Positions 25,226-37,866 of a stretch of DNA of 64,000 bases are shown here, one piece after another (the stretch's first letter is position 1; every line of letters starts with the position of its first letter). The stretch comes from Amoebophrya sp. A120 (lineage: Eukaryota; Protista; Dinoflagellata): positions 2,795,303 to 2,859,302 of the forward strand of contig CAJINV010000008.1 of NCBI GenBank assembly GCA_905178155.1, given 5' to 3'. Position numbers and translations under genes: made by a program. Under the pieces are notes generated by a model. That model saw only the letters and a list, made by a program, of their open reading frames with translations, made no database searches and had not been told where the DNA came from.

Positions 25226-26130
25226 CCGGAAAAAAATCGCCATTCGCGGGCCGCCGGCCGGAAAAAATCGCCTTCCGCGGGCTGCCAGCCGGAAAAAGTC
25301 GGCTTCCGCGGGCCGCCAGCCGGAAATAATCGCCATGGATGGCCGCTGGCCAGGAGGAATCGCCTTCTGCAGGCCGCCGGCCGGAAAAAATCGCCTTTCA
25401 CAGGCCACAAGCCGGAAAAAAATGCCACCCAGAGGCCGTTGGCTGGAAAAAATCGCCTTTTCCGGGCGGCCAGGCGGAATAAGTTGCCACTGAAAGGCCA
25501 TTGGTGGAAAAAAATTGCCATTCAGGTGCCGGTGGCCGGAAAAAATCGCCAATTCGGGGCCACCAGCCAGTAAAAATTGCCATCTTGGGGCTGTTGACCG
25601 GAAAAAATAGCCATTCGGGGGCCGCCAACCGGAGAGTCTTGTGATTTACGGTTCACTAACTAGCAAAAGCCTCTATGTCGGCACTGCTCGCCAGGAAAAA
25701 TTACCATGTCTGGGAATTTTCCATTTTTGAAACATGATGGCCGGAAAAAATCAATATCTTGGGGCTCTTAATCGGAAAAAATGTCATTTGGAGGCCAGTG
25801 GCCAGAAACAATGGACATCCAGGGCTGACCTGTACGAAAGAACTGTCATTGAAATGCTATATGCTAGAAAAAGTTGCCTTTTAGTGGCTATGTGCTTTCA
25901 AAAATTGCCATCTTGGGGCTACTGACCGCAAAAAATTCCAATCTATCCGCCATTGTCCAAAAAAAATTCAGACTGACAGGCAGTTCACTGGAAAAAATTG
26001 CCACTGTGAGCCGTTAGTCATAAAACATTGTCCTCTACAGGCAGCCAGCCAGAAAAAAATGCCATACGCGGGTGGCTAGCTGGAAAAGCTTCCCACTTGT
26101 CGGCGGCCTGCCAGAAAAAAAGCGTCATTT
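25226..26130. repeat. ~31-bp tandem satellite (ccggaaaaaatcgccattcgcgggccgccgg-like), decaying rightwards
   Basis: Units start at about 25226, 25258, 25289, 25320, 25351, 25381 and onward. Further clusters at ~26890-27090 and ~27870-28080. Confidence 0.88.
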
Positions 26131-28080
26131 GCGCATGCAGAGGAACCTGCTGAATGCGCTGGGTTTGATTGGCCGGCACGTGGCCAAGGTTGTGGTGATC
26201 TAGTGTGCTGGGTGGGCCTGTGGGTGCGCAGGGGCATGCGCCCTTGCCTAGGGTGGAGGGCTTCCGCTCCGGCGGTCCATGGAAGGCGATCAGGGGGGGC
26301 GTGCCCCCTCCTCCACTTGGGAAGCCCTTCCTGCTCCGGGCATTCCGCACGCATTGGCCCCGATTTGCCTCTAGGGCCATGCCAGGCTCCGTCACTGGTT
26401 GCCAGGGTGTGGCATTGGCATCTTGCTGCGATCCAGTCGCACAGTGCTACGCGGAAGCGCGACCGCGGGCCTTTCCGGCCTTTGTGCCATCGGTTCTGCA
26501 TGTTCGGGCCGCAGGAAAGGCTGCACCGTGGCGGTTTTTGTTTCCCCCCCCCCCCCCCTTGATTGGTGGTGGCGCATCAGTGCGCTTCCTATGCGCTGTT
26601 TTGGCTTCGGCCGTGATCCAGTTTGCGGGACTCGTTGCGCCCCGGTGCGATGTCCCCAGATGACTTGTCACCGGGGGGCGCGTTGTGCCGCGCCGGAGGC
26701 GGCGCCTTTGCGGATTCGGGTTCGCCCTTTGGTTCGCTTTCTCCTGGTTCCCCGCCGGCTGGGCGCGGCCCCTGATGCCGCTCCGGCGCCGGGTGCTTGA
26801 GCGAGTGCGATCTCGCTTCGGCGACGCCGTCGGACGCTGCGCGCTTTTGGGACCGGACGGCCCTACGACTGGGTCAGGGCGGGGGCCAATGAAAAGCCAT
26901 CCAAGGGCGGCCGGCCGCAAAACGTCGCCACTCGCGGGCCGCCGGCCGAAAAAAATCGCCATCCACGGGCCGCCGGACGGAAAAAATCGTCCATGGGCAG
27001 TGGGCCACAAAAAAATGTGATTTATGGGCGGTCAACCGAAAAGCATTGCCATCCGTGGGCAGCCCGTCCCCAAAAATCGCCAGTCGCGGGCAGCTTGGCT
27101 CAAAAACTCTGTATGTGCGTGAGTCTGCCGAATGCGTGGGGTTTCATTGGCCCAGCAATGGCCAACCTTGCGGCGCTCGGGTGTGCTAGGTGCTCAAGCG
27201 GATGCGGAGGGGCTGAGTTCTTTTCCCGGGGCGGGCGATCGTCGGCCCCGCAGTCGGCGAGAGGGTTGCAGGGCCTCCCCTGCTCCTTCCTGTGGGGCCC
27301 TCCGAGCGGTGGGGCTTCCAATGGCATGATCCGCTCGTGCCGGCCCCCGTTCAGGTCGGTACTTCGTGGGCACTGCGTCGGCTGGGGCGTATTGTGGTAA
27401 TCCGTCTGCGCCGGACCCTAGGAGGAGTCAAGCCCCACTCGGGGCATGCCCCTTGACGGGCTGCTTTCTATATCGGGCAGCAGGGAAGCCTGTGCGCCGG
27501 ATACTCGATTGCATCGAGGCCGATTTTTGTTTTCCCGCCCCCCCACCCTTTGTGCCGCCTCAGCTTGGACTTGGTTGCTGAGATCAGTTGTTGCTTTCGC
27601 CGTGATCCATTCTGCAGGACCCGTTGCACTCCGGTGACTTGTCCCCGCGCGGCGCGGCGCCTCGGGTGGCGCCTTGGCGGATTCGCGTTCGCCCTTTTGT
27701 TTGGGGTCTTGTGGGTGCCCCACCGCCGGTTCGCGGCGGTCGGTGCCGCTCCACTCTCCGGCTGTTCGCGTTCGGGCAAGCGCGATCGCGCTTCGGCGCT
27801 GCCTATGGGCACTGTGCTCATTTAGGACCCGACGGCCGTCCTGCGCCTGGCTCAAGGCTGGAGCCAATAAAAGCCATCGGCGGGCAGCCAGCCGCAAAGA
27901 GTCGCCATCCGCGGGAAGCCGGTCGCCAACAGTTGCAATCTGTGGGCAGCTGGCCGCAAAAAATTGCAATCTATGGGCCGCCGGCCACAAAAAATCGCGA
28001 TCTGTGGGCAGTTGGCCGCAAGAAATACGATCCGTGAGCGGTGGGTGGCAAAAAGTTGTGATCTATGGGCAGTCGGCTGT
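26130..28080. repeat. Two diverged ~1-kb tandem units, each ending in a 31-bp repeat cluster
   Basis: Homologous segments at an offset of ~990, e.g. 26606 ttcggccgtgatccagtttgcggga vs 27596 ttcgccgtgatccattctgcagga, and ggcggtttttgtttccccc vs ggccgatttttgttttcccgcc. Confidence 0.75.
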
Positions 28081-29407
28081 ATCTCTTTCCGTGGTACTGC
28101 GTTTCTCTTGTCGCAAGAGCCTGCGTATATTTTGCGGAGCATCGCGCAGAGCGCATTGGCCGTAGTTTGTTTTTCTGCCTATTGCTGCAAAAGTAGCAAG
28201 TACTACTTTGTGCCACTATTCATTGTACAGGATAATAGGAAATTCAACCTCGCACTTGCACAGCATGCGATCGACTGCTTCCCTGCTGCTATCGCAAAAG
28301 TGTGAATCAATGCGGTATCCGACGGTATGCGCGGAGCAGGAGGAAGTAGAACTTTGCTGCCTGGGCCGCTTTTCGCGAAGCGTCTTCGGCCACAGTAAAG
28401 CGATCCCGTTTTGTTTTGGCTTGATCTGGTATGCGTCGATTCTCCGCAGAGGCGTCGACCCGAATAGATGCAAGCAGATGCTAGTACCACTACACCACGT
28501 TGATCCCTCTGAAATAATAAGGTCGACTACTAGGAGAGCTGGCACAGTGCACGCGCAGTGCAATGGCAAACCCGCGAAGAGCCGGCTCTTTCATTCCAAA
28601 ACACGGCTTGGTTCCCCTTTGAGAGTTCATTGTTCCAACAGTCGATCCATGAAACTGCTAGAATTATAGACAAAAATATCACACCTTGAATAGTAAGAAA
28701 CAAAAGCTCGACATCGTGATCGTTATCACTTTTCGCTGCGACCCGGGTGCAGTCCCCGTTCATTTCACCCAGTCCCTTGGACGTTTTATTACTCCCCCCA
28801 GATATTAGCACCACCACCACCACCACCCTATTTTTTTTGTATGTGCCGCAGCCCCGCTAGGCATCCCTGATTTATCCTAGGATCCAGTCTTTTTGCCCCT
28901 TTTGCCTAGCGTAAGGGAGCCTTTGCCAAAACAACTTCTGTATGACAAACAAACCTCGAACAAAACCTTCAGTACACAAAATGATGCGCGCCCCGCTGAG
29001 ACAAGGAACGGGAAGACCCTCGCTGAGCAGATGATACTACGAAAAGCACGGCACCGGTGGCGCGCCAGTTTTCTGTCTTGTCGGCTGAAAGAAATGCCTT
29101 CGTTGGGAATTGCGCCAATTCCTCGCTAAACATGCGGAGCCCGCCGATACAGCGACTAAGCCTCCTGGTCGATAGCTGCACTAGCTCCGCCCGACCCCGC
29201 AACAGAAACTCCTCCTTCTCCAGAAGAATACAACTCCTGCGCCTGCCCAGAAGGTCCTCCTGCACTGCTGCTCCTGCGCCACGAGGAGTTGCTCCCTGAC
29301 AAGAGTTTGGTTCTCCGGCGAAGACCACCCGTGCCGGGAAAATAAGAATTTCTTCGCTCGCTCCCTAGTCTTACTTTCAGGCTGTCAGATACGCGTTGCC
29401 AGAAACG

Positions 29408-31842
29408 ATGGGGGGCTTCAACGACAAGGGCGGCGGGTCTTCCATTTACCCCTCCTACGGCAAAGGCGGTGGAGGCGGCGGCAAGGGCGGTGGGTTCGGG
29501 TATGGTGGAGGGAAAGGCAAGCAGCACGGGGGATCCTTCGGGGGCTTTCGGAGCAGCAACAAAAACAAAAACCCGTTCGGCGGGGGGAAGTACGGAGGCG
29601 GTAAGTACAACGACAATTATGGGAAGGACGGAGGTGGCGGCAAGTACAATGACAATTTCGGCGGGAAAAAGGGCGGCAAAGACGGCGGAAAAAGCTCAAA
29701 CCCCCTCGTGAGCAACCGGGAAATGTACTCTATCATTTTAAAGATTTTTGATAAATATCGATCTGACTAGTGACAAAGAATGAAGAAGCTCACACAACGT
29801 AAGTATCCGTAACGAAGCACGATGACACAGAACAAGTAAAGTATAACCGTTCCGGTTGTTCTTGTACAACTGAGTAAATATTTGAGAAGAAATGTTAGTT
29901 ACCCCATCGTCTCAACAGAAAAACGCTTGGCCACCAGAATTGCAACGTGCTGCAGCGAGTGAGCGCGCCGTTGCCGCGCAATATACGGCACTGGGACAGT
30001 GTGGACTGTCTTGCAATGCTGGACGGAAGAATAGTAGCGGGAAGCCGGGACAAGTCGATGTCGATATGGAGTGGCGAAACCGGGGCCGGCAAAAATCCGG
30101 GGGAGGAGCGCCTGTTCCTGAAACAGTTCAGCAGCGCCATGATGCATACCGGCGTCCAGTCGCTCTGCGTGGAGCCAGCGACCGGGTGGCTTTTTGTCGG
30201 GCTGTTCTCCGGACAAATAAAGGCCTTTCAGCAGAAACCCGAGATGGAACTCGTGCTCAAAGGTCACGAGAAAGCCGTGTCGCAGCTCTGTACTGATGTT
30301 TCTTCTTTTTTTTTTGCCAACCTACTTACTTCTCCGTACTATGAAAAGAAAGACTTCTTCAACATATCTTGTACACCGCAAGAAGTGATTTCGATTTTCA
30401 AACCACTTCTACTAACAGACGTTTACGACAAATTTCTGCTTTCCGTTTCCCACGACGAAACTTTCAAAGTGTGGGAGTTCAGTGACCAGAGCCGAACATT
30501 CGTCAACAACTTTTCCGCGCGGTCGCCAGTCGGGCCGCTGCACTGCCTGAGAACAATCGGCGCAGATCCCAGCAACACCAGAATATGGCTCGGGGGCGAA
30601 CGAGGTATTTTTAACAATGTGACCTTCATCTACAGGGAGAAGGATTTTTCCGATTCGTTTGCTTTCCCCAATTGGGTAAACTTCCTGTGCTCGTAACCTT
30701 TCAACGGCCCGGTTGTCATTTCCTTCTGCCACGCTTGCCATATAGTTTGAGTTTTGGCTTGTTTGTAGTTATGTTTAATACAACCGCGCATCAACAGTAG
30801 GAAGAGAAAAAGGTATAAAACTTGACCACGGGAATGATTCGCATCTTGCCTTGACGGGTGCAACTTGTCGTGGATGCTGAAGGAAAAAATTATATGCAGG
30901 CATCGCGTGCATCAACATGCAGCAACTCGTGTGCGAAGGCAATCTGGACACCGGCGGAGCGGTGGTGGGGCCTTTTTTCGTCTATCGCGAAGACCACGTT
31001 GTTGTCGCCCTGCGCACCGGGGTCATAAAATGCTACAGCACCCAGGGCCAGCCCGTGTTCGAAGCCGGGCCGAGCAGAAGCACAAAGCACGTCTACTGCA
31101 GCGAAATGATGAACGGCCCCAATGACACCATTGTCTTCCTACTCGGCGGAGAGTATTATACTCACTTTTTCATCATGTTCATGTTGATTGTTTTCTACTC
31201 ACGAGGACTCGCAGCATGATGGTTTCTTCGAATCTTCGCGTTTGGCTTTGATGTCGTACTTGCATCATCTTCACCTCGCTGCAAAGGTAGAAATTCATAC
31301 GCTCCCACGACAAATGCCTAATGTCTTTATCAATCAAGCGAAAGCGCACGACGCAATTATTTCGTCTGGTCTCGCATTACAGCCACGGCATGATCACCGC
31401 CTACACGGTCCCGGAGCTGGAGGTTATCGGCGACTTTTGCGTAAACAAGCAGGAGCCCTGCCGCGTAAAGTCCATCGCCGACTGCGGAAACAGCGAGATG
31501 TTCGCGGTGGGCCTCGAAAATGGCGAAGTCTACGTCTACAAGTGGGGTCCGGGGCTCGGACAGGCCGACACCGGCCCCGGTGGCCCGGACAACATGATAA
31601 GCGCGAACCTCTTCGGGGGCGGGGCGGGACCCACTAACGCTGCAGGAGATCCGATGTTGAACAATACCATGATCATGGGTGGCCAGCAGCCACAGCAGCC
31701 GCAAATTAACCCGTTCACCGGACAAGCGATAGGAGGGCAGCAGATGCAGCAACCGCAACAGCCCATGATGGGCGGCGGCGGCGGGCTGTTTGGCCAGCAA
31801 CCGCAGGGGTTCGGCGTCGGCGGCGATATTATGATGGGATAA
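29408..31842 (+). CDS. WD40-repeat protein with G/K-rich N-terminus and GGQQP/FG-like C-terminus
   Basis: HWDSVDCLAMLDGRIVAGSRDKSMSIW, LKGHEKAVSQL and FLLSVSHDETFKVWE. GT-AG introns at 29708-29937, 30605-30899 and 31152-31382, plus one atypical intron near 30296-30418. Confidence 0.8.
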
Positions 31843-33497
31843 CGAGTCAACCGTGGAACAACGGTGTTGATTTCGATACGCGCTGCTGCCCCGACATGCA
31901 CATGGTCATAAAGAAGCGACGGTATCGTGCTGCCCCTCTAGTTCATCCTGGTGGTTCTACGACGAGATGATAGAAGGAGTACAAAGAAATACAGTCTGAA
32001 AGCGCGCAGGAGGAAGAGCGACATGATCAAGATATGATCTCCCTCTCCTACCCGCGGCGACACCCCACTCGATCTGATTTTTCCATTGATTTACAAGCAG
32101 CGACACAGCGATTCGCATGACGAGAGCCGGGATAGTAGTAGCGCCTCCAATTCGGTAGTGTGCATCGCTCTTGAAAGAGCGGCCCCTCTCAACTTTTCAA
32201 CGGTTTACTATAGTTACTACAGTACTGACTCGCGCAAGGACGTCTGCATAGGGACCGCGTACAGCGCGGATTGAGTCGATGTTTGTCCTTCGGGGCGACT
32301 TTCAAATAAAAGAAAGAAAGCAAAAAGTGAAACGACAAAAGAATAGAGTCGATGCTGTGTGAGCAAGAATGATCTTGGCGTGCGCGGCCCTGATCGTGAT
32401 GGTGTGCTGCAGCAGCTCTGGTGGTTTTCATCCTTGTACAGCATTTAGAACAGCAACGCGTTCTACTTCGTTTCCATGTTTCTTTAGGCTCGTAGTTGTT
32501 TTTGGCTTTCGCAGAAGTTTGGAGAAAAGCCAGAGGCAAGGACCCCGACCCACCAGAGATTGCAATAGCCGGCTCATCGAATCGAAAATTTTTTCTTCTT
32601 CGGCTTCAGAGCCGGACTCCTACGTAATCCTTTTATGTCATATGTTTCACCGCCAAGCCGTGTGCTGTTGCTGAGAGTATACGAAGTTTCGCGGGAGTTT
32701 TCTCGTCATCGTTATGTACTACTACATGTAACAAGGAGGAGGCGCTACTGAGATTTCTGCGAAGCGGTGAGATACTGTTTGTTGTGTTTTGTGATCGGTA
32801 CCACGGTCTGCGACTGAATTCTAGTATTCATTTTCGTGTGCGTCGATAGCTGTGTTTGCCTTTTTTTATGGAGTGCGAATATCAATATTCAGTGGTTGTG
32901 GTCTCTTTAGTCGTCCGTTTGGTTCGAGTTTGACAGAGGTGTAGGTCCAACGAAGTGCAGCTGGAACTTTCTACGGCTCCACTCAGAAGTCTCGGGCACT
33001 TTTTACCATCCATGGTTGAGACGCGGCAACGAATTCATCAAATCGAGCGACTTATTCCCGCGGGCTGATGCATTTGCTTTTGGTCTGGTACTTTCTGCAC
33101 GCCACGTTATTTTGAAGGAAATTCGAAATACTGCCGTTTTCGCCGCCGTGTGGCAGTGACGTGGCCTTGCGTCTGCACTAGGAAGGCCACGTGGTGTGAA
33201 AGCGGAGGACGCAGGATCTTTCCATCAGGGATAACTACAGCATCCCAAATACTTTCTAAAGTTGCAGTGCCACCCCTGCATGCGAGGGTGTTGCGAAAAG
33301 AGCCTCTCCTACAGTACCAAATCCACCCCGCGAGCGAAAGTAAGTTCTATCAGTAAACTTGAGTTACAAAGGACGCATGATTCACTTCTTCAACAGCCGA
33401 AGTAGAGGCAAAAATGCTGGTAAAGTAATTTTCGAAAGGAGCACTTTGTCGATTGTAGTGGCTGCATGTACAACATCAAACCTAGGTTGCTTCCGGC

Positions 33498-36447
33498 GTG
33501 GTCGTACCGCAGACGAGCAGGGTAGCCTTCGATACGTCCACAGAAGTAATCTCGTCCGCAGTTCCCGGAGCACAAGCTCCAACCACTGACAATACCTCGC
33601 CCGTTGCGTCCACCACTTCGCAAAACTCGCCGCGGATGCAGGAAAGCTCCGCAAGCAGTGTGGCGGCCGGGGGTCCCGGCCCAGCTGCAGGAAGTGAAGT
33701 AGTTCCCGCGGCCACGACGACACCAGGTGGCGGACCACCACTGCCGCCACCAACTAGTACAACCGCGGGCGGTGTTCCGATTGCCGGGCCGACGAAGCAA
33801 GCCAGCTCCAGCCGCAAGGTGCCGGAGGGAGAGGGCGCGCGGTATCCTATGTAAAAACATCCCCACGACCCCAGAGTTGTCATGCAGATTTGCAATGACA
33901 AGAACATTTGTGATGCGCATCCCTATGATGGGCATTTCCAGTCGTGTTTTGGAATTTGTAATGCTGTAAACAGGATACGCATCTCGATTTGTGATGCGGC
34001 TGCCCCTGCTAACCTGCACTACACTACGGGCTGCAACTTGTCATGCGTGGCGTCCAAAACTTCAGGATCTGTGTTGCAGAGATCCCAACTTAACTATGGT
34101 GTGGGGACGTTTTTACTCAGGATACGCGGACCAGCAAACCCAGCTTGCACCACCTGGATTCCTACGGGTTCGAGTGCTCAGTGGACGATTCGAAATACTA
34201 TCACAATGAAAAATACCCCCACCCCCGAACTTGAAAGCATTTGTATTGCAAACCTTTCCAAATGAAACATTCGCCCTCTTGCATGTATCAGCATCACAGA
34301 TTTCCGATCGTGAATAGCAAAAATTTTTATTGCACAAGATCCCAGCAAGAGCGGCGCTTGTCATGCAAGCGATGCGAAACACGACTAGAATCTGCATCAG
34401 AAAGATTCATACTCCTTTCATGCATGACAAAAAGTTTTCTTTTGGAAACTTCGCATCACAAATTTTTGCAACTTTGGGGGTGGGGGGCACTTTTCATTGT
34501 AATAAGTACGAGGAGCGATTCACCACCAAGCGTGAACGGAGAAAGAACCGCTTCCCTGCAACGCTGCCGCCGCGGTTCTCCGAGGAGCTCCGCGCACTGT
34601 GCCGCAAGGGCGTACCCGACGACCGTCGGGCCGAGGTGTGGACACACTGTTTAGGCAGTGCGCTGAAGCAGAAGGCGAATAGTGGCGTATTTCAGCAGTT
34701 GACAGAGCTCGCGCAGCAGCAGGAGGAGGTGGCACCAGAGGACAGCACGGAAAATGCGAGCGGCAGTAGGAATGCACCAGATAAGACGAAAAATAACGAT
34801 CTTGTACAAGAACAAGCCGCGGAACAGGAAAGCAAGATAGACTCCGCCGCGACGGCAGTAGACGGCGCAGGCGATCCTGGAGGTGGGCGCGGGAGCAAGA
34901 ACTATGACGGCACAATTGCGGAAGGAGTTTCTACTCCTGCCGGTTCGCCTACAACTGCCGCCGCATCACAAAATCCTTCCGCAAGCAGGGGCTCAGTGAA
35001 TCCCGCCGCCTCGGCGGAGGCCGCCGCGGAGCCCAAACCTACAGCGAGTTCCTCGTCCGCAGTTACCGCGGCAAGCACGATGTCAAAGAAATCAAGCGGG
35101 CTGTATCAAAGGGAAAATAGAAAGTGCCTCACCAGCGGAAACGCGAACCTTCTCTGATGCAAAGTTTCTAATAGTGGGAACTTTTTGTCTTGTATAATCA
35201 AGGGACAAGAAGGACCCTGTTAGTTTGATGCAGATTCTAGAAGAGCAAAGCAGTTTGCACGAGGGAAGGCTTTAATACTGGTCCTTTTATTGCAGCACAG
35301 ATGAAATTTGAGTTGCCCACATGCGCAAGACTACTTAGCTCATCATGTTGCAATGTCGAGGCTTCTAAGAAGTAGTTCCGGGGTACTAGGGGCGCTTTGT
35401 TTCATCTGGATGGGCTGGATCCGGTGGTGAAGAACAGCATCGAGGTGGATTTGGACCGCACCTTTTCAAGACACAGCACGTTGTCGCAGTCCAAGGAGAA
35501 GATGCGCGCCGTATTGCAGGCGTTCGCGCTCCGGCACCCCAGCATAGGCTACTGCCAAGGTGCGGTTTGTAGTTTCTGCGTAAGAAGTGGTACATAACTC
35601 AGCCGAACAAGTGAGATATAGTTCTTTTTTTGAAGCTGCGCGGTAGTGTAACAATTACCGACCATAATCGATCCTATTGGTTGAACTTGAATTATTGCAA
35701 GGTCTGAACTACATCGTCGGTCGTCTGCTGCTCTTTCTCGAACCGGAGGCCGCGTTTTGGGCCCTCGACGTGATCTGCGAAGGCTACTACCCCTTCGCGC
35801 TGCCGCAGGAGCACAAGGAGTGGGAGCTGAAGCAGGCGGGGTATTACATACCCGGCATGCGACTTCTCCGCGCCGACTCGATGGCGCTGCGAAAACTGAT
35901 GAAGACCCGGGGTATCGCCGATGAGGCGACCTGGCACATCGAGCTGGACGTCGCCTTTCAGGCACCCTGGTAAGGTGACTTTTGACTCGATTGCGACGTT
36001 GCATACTTCTATTTCAGGATACTGTTACATAAAATTGAAATTCATTTTTAATTTCTTTGGGCAAGCTAGCAGCAGTACAAACATACTTCGGATGCTTCCT
36101 TGTCTGAAAATGTCAACCCAAACGAAATGCAAAACAGGTTTCTGACCCTGTTCGCCGGTCCCCAGGGGCTCCCGTCGGGTTCTCTGTACCGTTTCTGGGA
36201 CTGCCTCTTCGCCGAGGGGATCAAGGTCCTCTTCCGTCTGAGCCTCATCCTGGTCCGGCGTGCGAAGCTGAAGCGCGGCGACTCGCTGGAGGTGTGCCAC
36301 ACAAAACTGAAAGACGCTGTGAATAACGCCTGCGACCACAACGAACTGTTCAAGGAGTCGTTCGGATTGCGCAGGTTTAGTCGCAACGAGCTCCACGCCT
36401 TGCGGCAAAAGTGCTACGAGGAAGTGGCACAGACGGAGATCACGTGA
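33498..36447 (+). CDS. TBC-domain Rab GTPase-activating protein
   Basis: LDSYGF, LRALCRKGVPDDRRAEVW, IEVDLDRTF (R finger), GYCQGLNY (Q finger), WFLTLF and RFWDCLFAEG. Three introners plus GT-AG introns at 35560-35701 and 35970-36138. Start uncertain. Confidence 0.92.
33843..34124. mobile_element. Introner (family D), 282 bp
   Basis: Ends tatcctatgtaaaaacatccccac / gtggggacgtttttactcaggata; DR cgcgg. Confidence 0.9.
34199..34504. mobile_element. Introner (family C), 306 bp
   Basis: Ends tatcacaatgaaaaatacccccacccc / ggggtggggggcacttttcattgtaata; DR aatac/agtac; join gives DSKYEER. Confidence 0.92.
35104..35412. mobile_element. Old introner (family C-like), 309 bp
   Basis: Degenerate TIR tatcaaagggaaaatagaaagtgcc / ggcgctttgtttcatctggatg; perfect DR ggctg; join gives SGLDPVVKNSIEVDLDRTF. 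Confidence 0.8.
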
Positions 36448-37200
36448 GCGGGTTGTAGCTTGGAACCATCTGCAAGCACGCTGGGCGTTCGCTCCGTCTT
36501 CCACCAACAACTTCAACATGTTTAGCACGCTGCGTGGACATCAACTCGTTTGGAGGGCGATTGATGTAGTTGCTGGCCGACGTCGACGCGGTCTGTGATT
36601 CGACTTTTTTACCTCATGCCTGTGAAAACGGTGAAATTTTAAAAGCGTCCGTTCACCCCGGATGCAGCTGAACTCGTTTTACATAGGGGACGAGAAGAAC
36701 TCGCTTTTGCGCATTGACAAACGACTTCAGAGCGACTCGTCTACATACTTCTAGGCGCTTGACAACATACTTCTAGGCGGGATATTTTTTCAAACCGAAA
36801 ACATCGAGATGCTAACGCTGATCTGGTTGTAAGGGACAAGGAAGCCGGGACGAAAAGGGGGCAAATCATTGATTCAAAAACAAAAAGTCATTTCCTACAG
36901 GCTTCGTGTCTCGTAGTGACTGTGACATGCACTCATGGTCCTGATGATGAATTGATTGAAGATCATCGCCGGACGAAAAGTAGCGCGCAGATCCCATCGT
37001 TCTGGCTGTCAGGGAAGGGTGGTCGTTCTTGTTAACTACTACCATGTACATGTTATTGTTAAGATATGCTGACAAATAGCTGGCGGAAGGTAGCATTATC
37101 TCTTGCCTCAGTAGCAGGTCCAGGTCCTCCACTTCTAAGCATCATTCGATTTCATTTTGTTCTTTCTTTGCTCCGGCTTGGGATTGCGTTCGGAAAAGTC

Positions 37201-37866
37201 ATGCCCTCCTCCCCCGTCGCCTCTTCGCGAAACGTGGACCACACGCCAATAGCGGAGTCCGCGCCAGTGGAAAACCTCCCCCTGTCGGAGAGCCCGAAAC
37301 AACTGCGCGCCGCTCCTGCGTTTTCTACGCTCGCAAAGCAGCAGTGCGCTTCCTGCAAGCAGCGTGCAACGAACCTGGCGCGGTGCCGTCGAGGCTGCGA
37401 CTTGCCGGTGTTCTACTGCTCTATCGCGTGCCAGACCAAGCACTGGAACGCGCAACACAAGTTTGTGTGCAAGACGCCCGAGGAGCGGGAGCTGGAAAAG
37501 AAAAAATCCGAGAAAATCAAGAAGAAGCAGGAGCGGAAGATGCGGCTGGAAAAATATCGGATGTGCAAGGCGTGCGGGAACCCAAACTGCTGGAAGGCGA
37601 AGATGTACGAGAAGCTGGTGTATCCAAATTTTAAAGTAAGCACACGTCGAGGTCTGACAAGGAAGCTGCCATGCAGAATGGTGATAAATAAGTTGATCAT
37701 GCTTCATTTGGGTGCAGCCGAGCACGACAAGGTTTTTGGGCGCTTTTTCAGGTCGTGTAGTGCGCTTCGCGCACCCCTGCATTCTGGCATGATAAAAGAG
37801 GTCGCGCGCTTGTTCTACAGAACCTACGTAACACACCGACCCACGCTACATAAACGGGGGCGATAG
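37201..37866 (+). CDS. MYND zinc-finger protein (3' structure uncertain)
   Basis: CASC...LARCRRGC...FYCSIACQTKHWNAQHKFVC. Confidence 0.75.
   Translation: MPSSPVASSRNVDHTPIAESAPVENLPLSESPKQLRAAPAFSTLAKQQCASCKQRATNLARCRRGCDLPVFYCSIACQTKHWNAQHKFVCKTPEERELEKKKSEKIKKKQERKMRLEKYRMCKACGNPNCWKAKMYEKLVYPNFKVSTRRGLTRKLPCRMVINKLIMLHLGAAEHDKVFGRFFRSCSALRAPLHSGMIKEVARLFYRTYVTHRPTLHKRGR

Noticed and set aside
25226-25630. CRISPR-like regular repeats
   Set aside because: Units are contiguous and degenerate with no unique spacers or cas genes, in a eukaryotic context.
27848-27856. tggctcaag resembling the 3' end of the dinoflagellate spliced leader
   Set aside because: Only 9 nt, inside a repeat and not upstream of a gene.
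24782-28165. Many overlapping ORFs in the satellite region
   Set aside because: By-products of GC-rich repeats with no domain signal.
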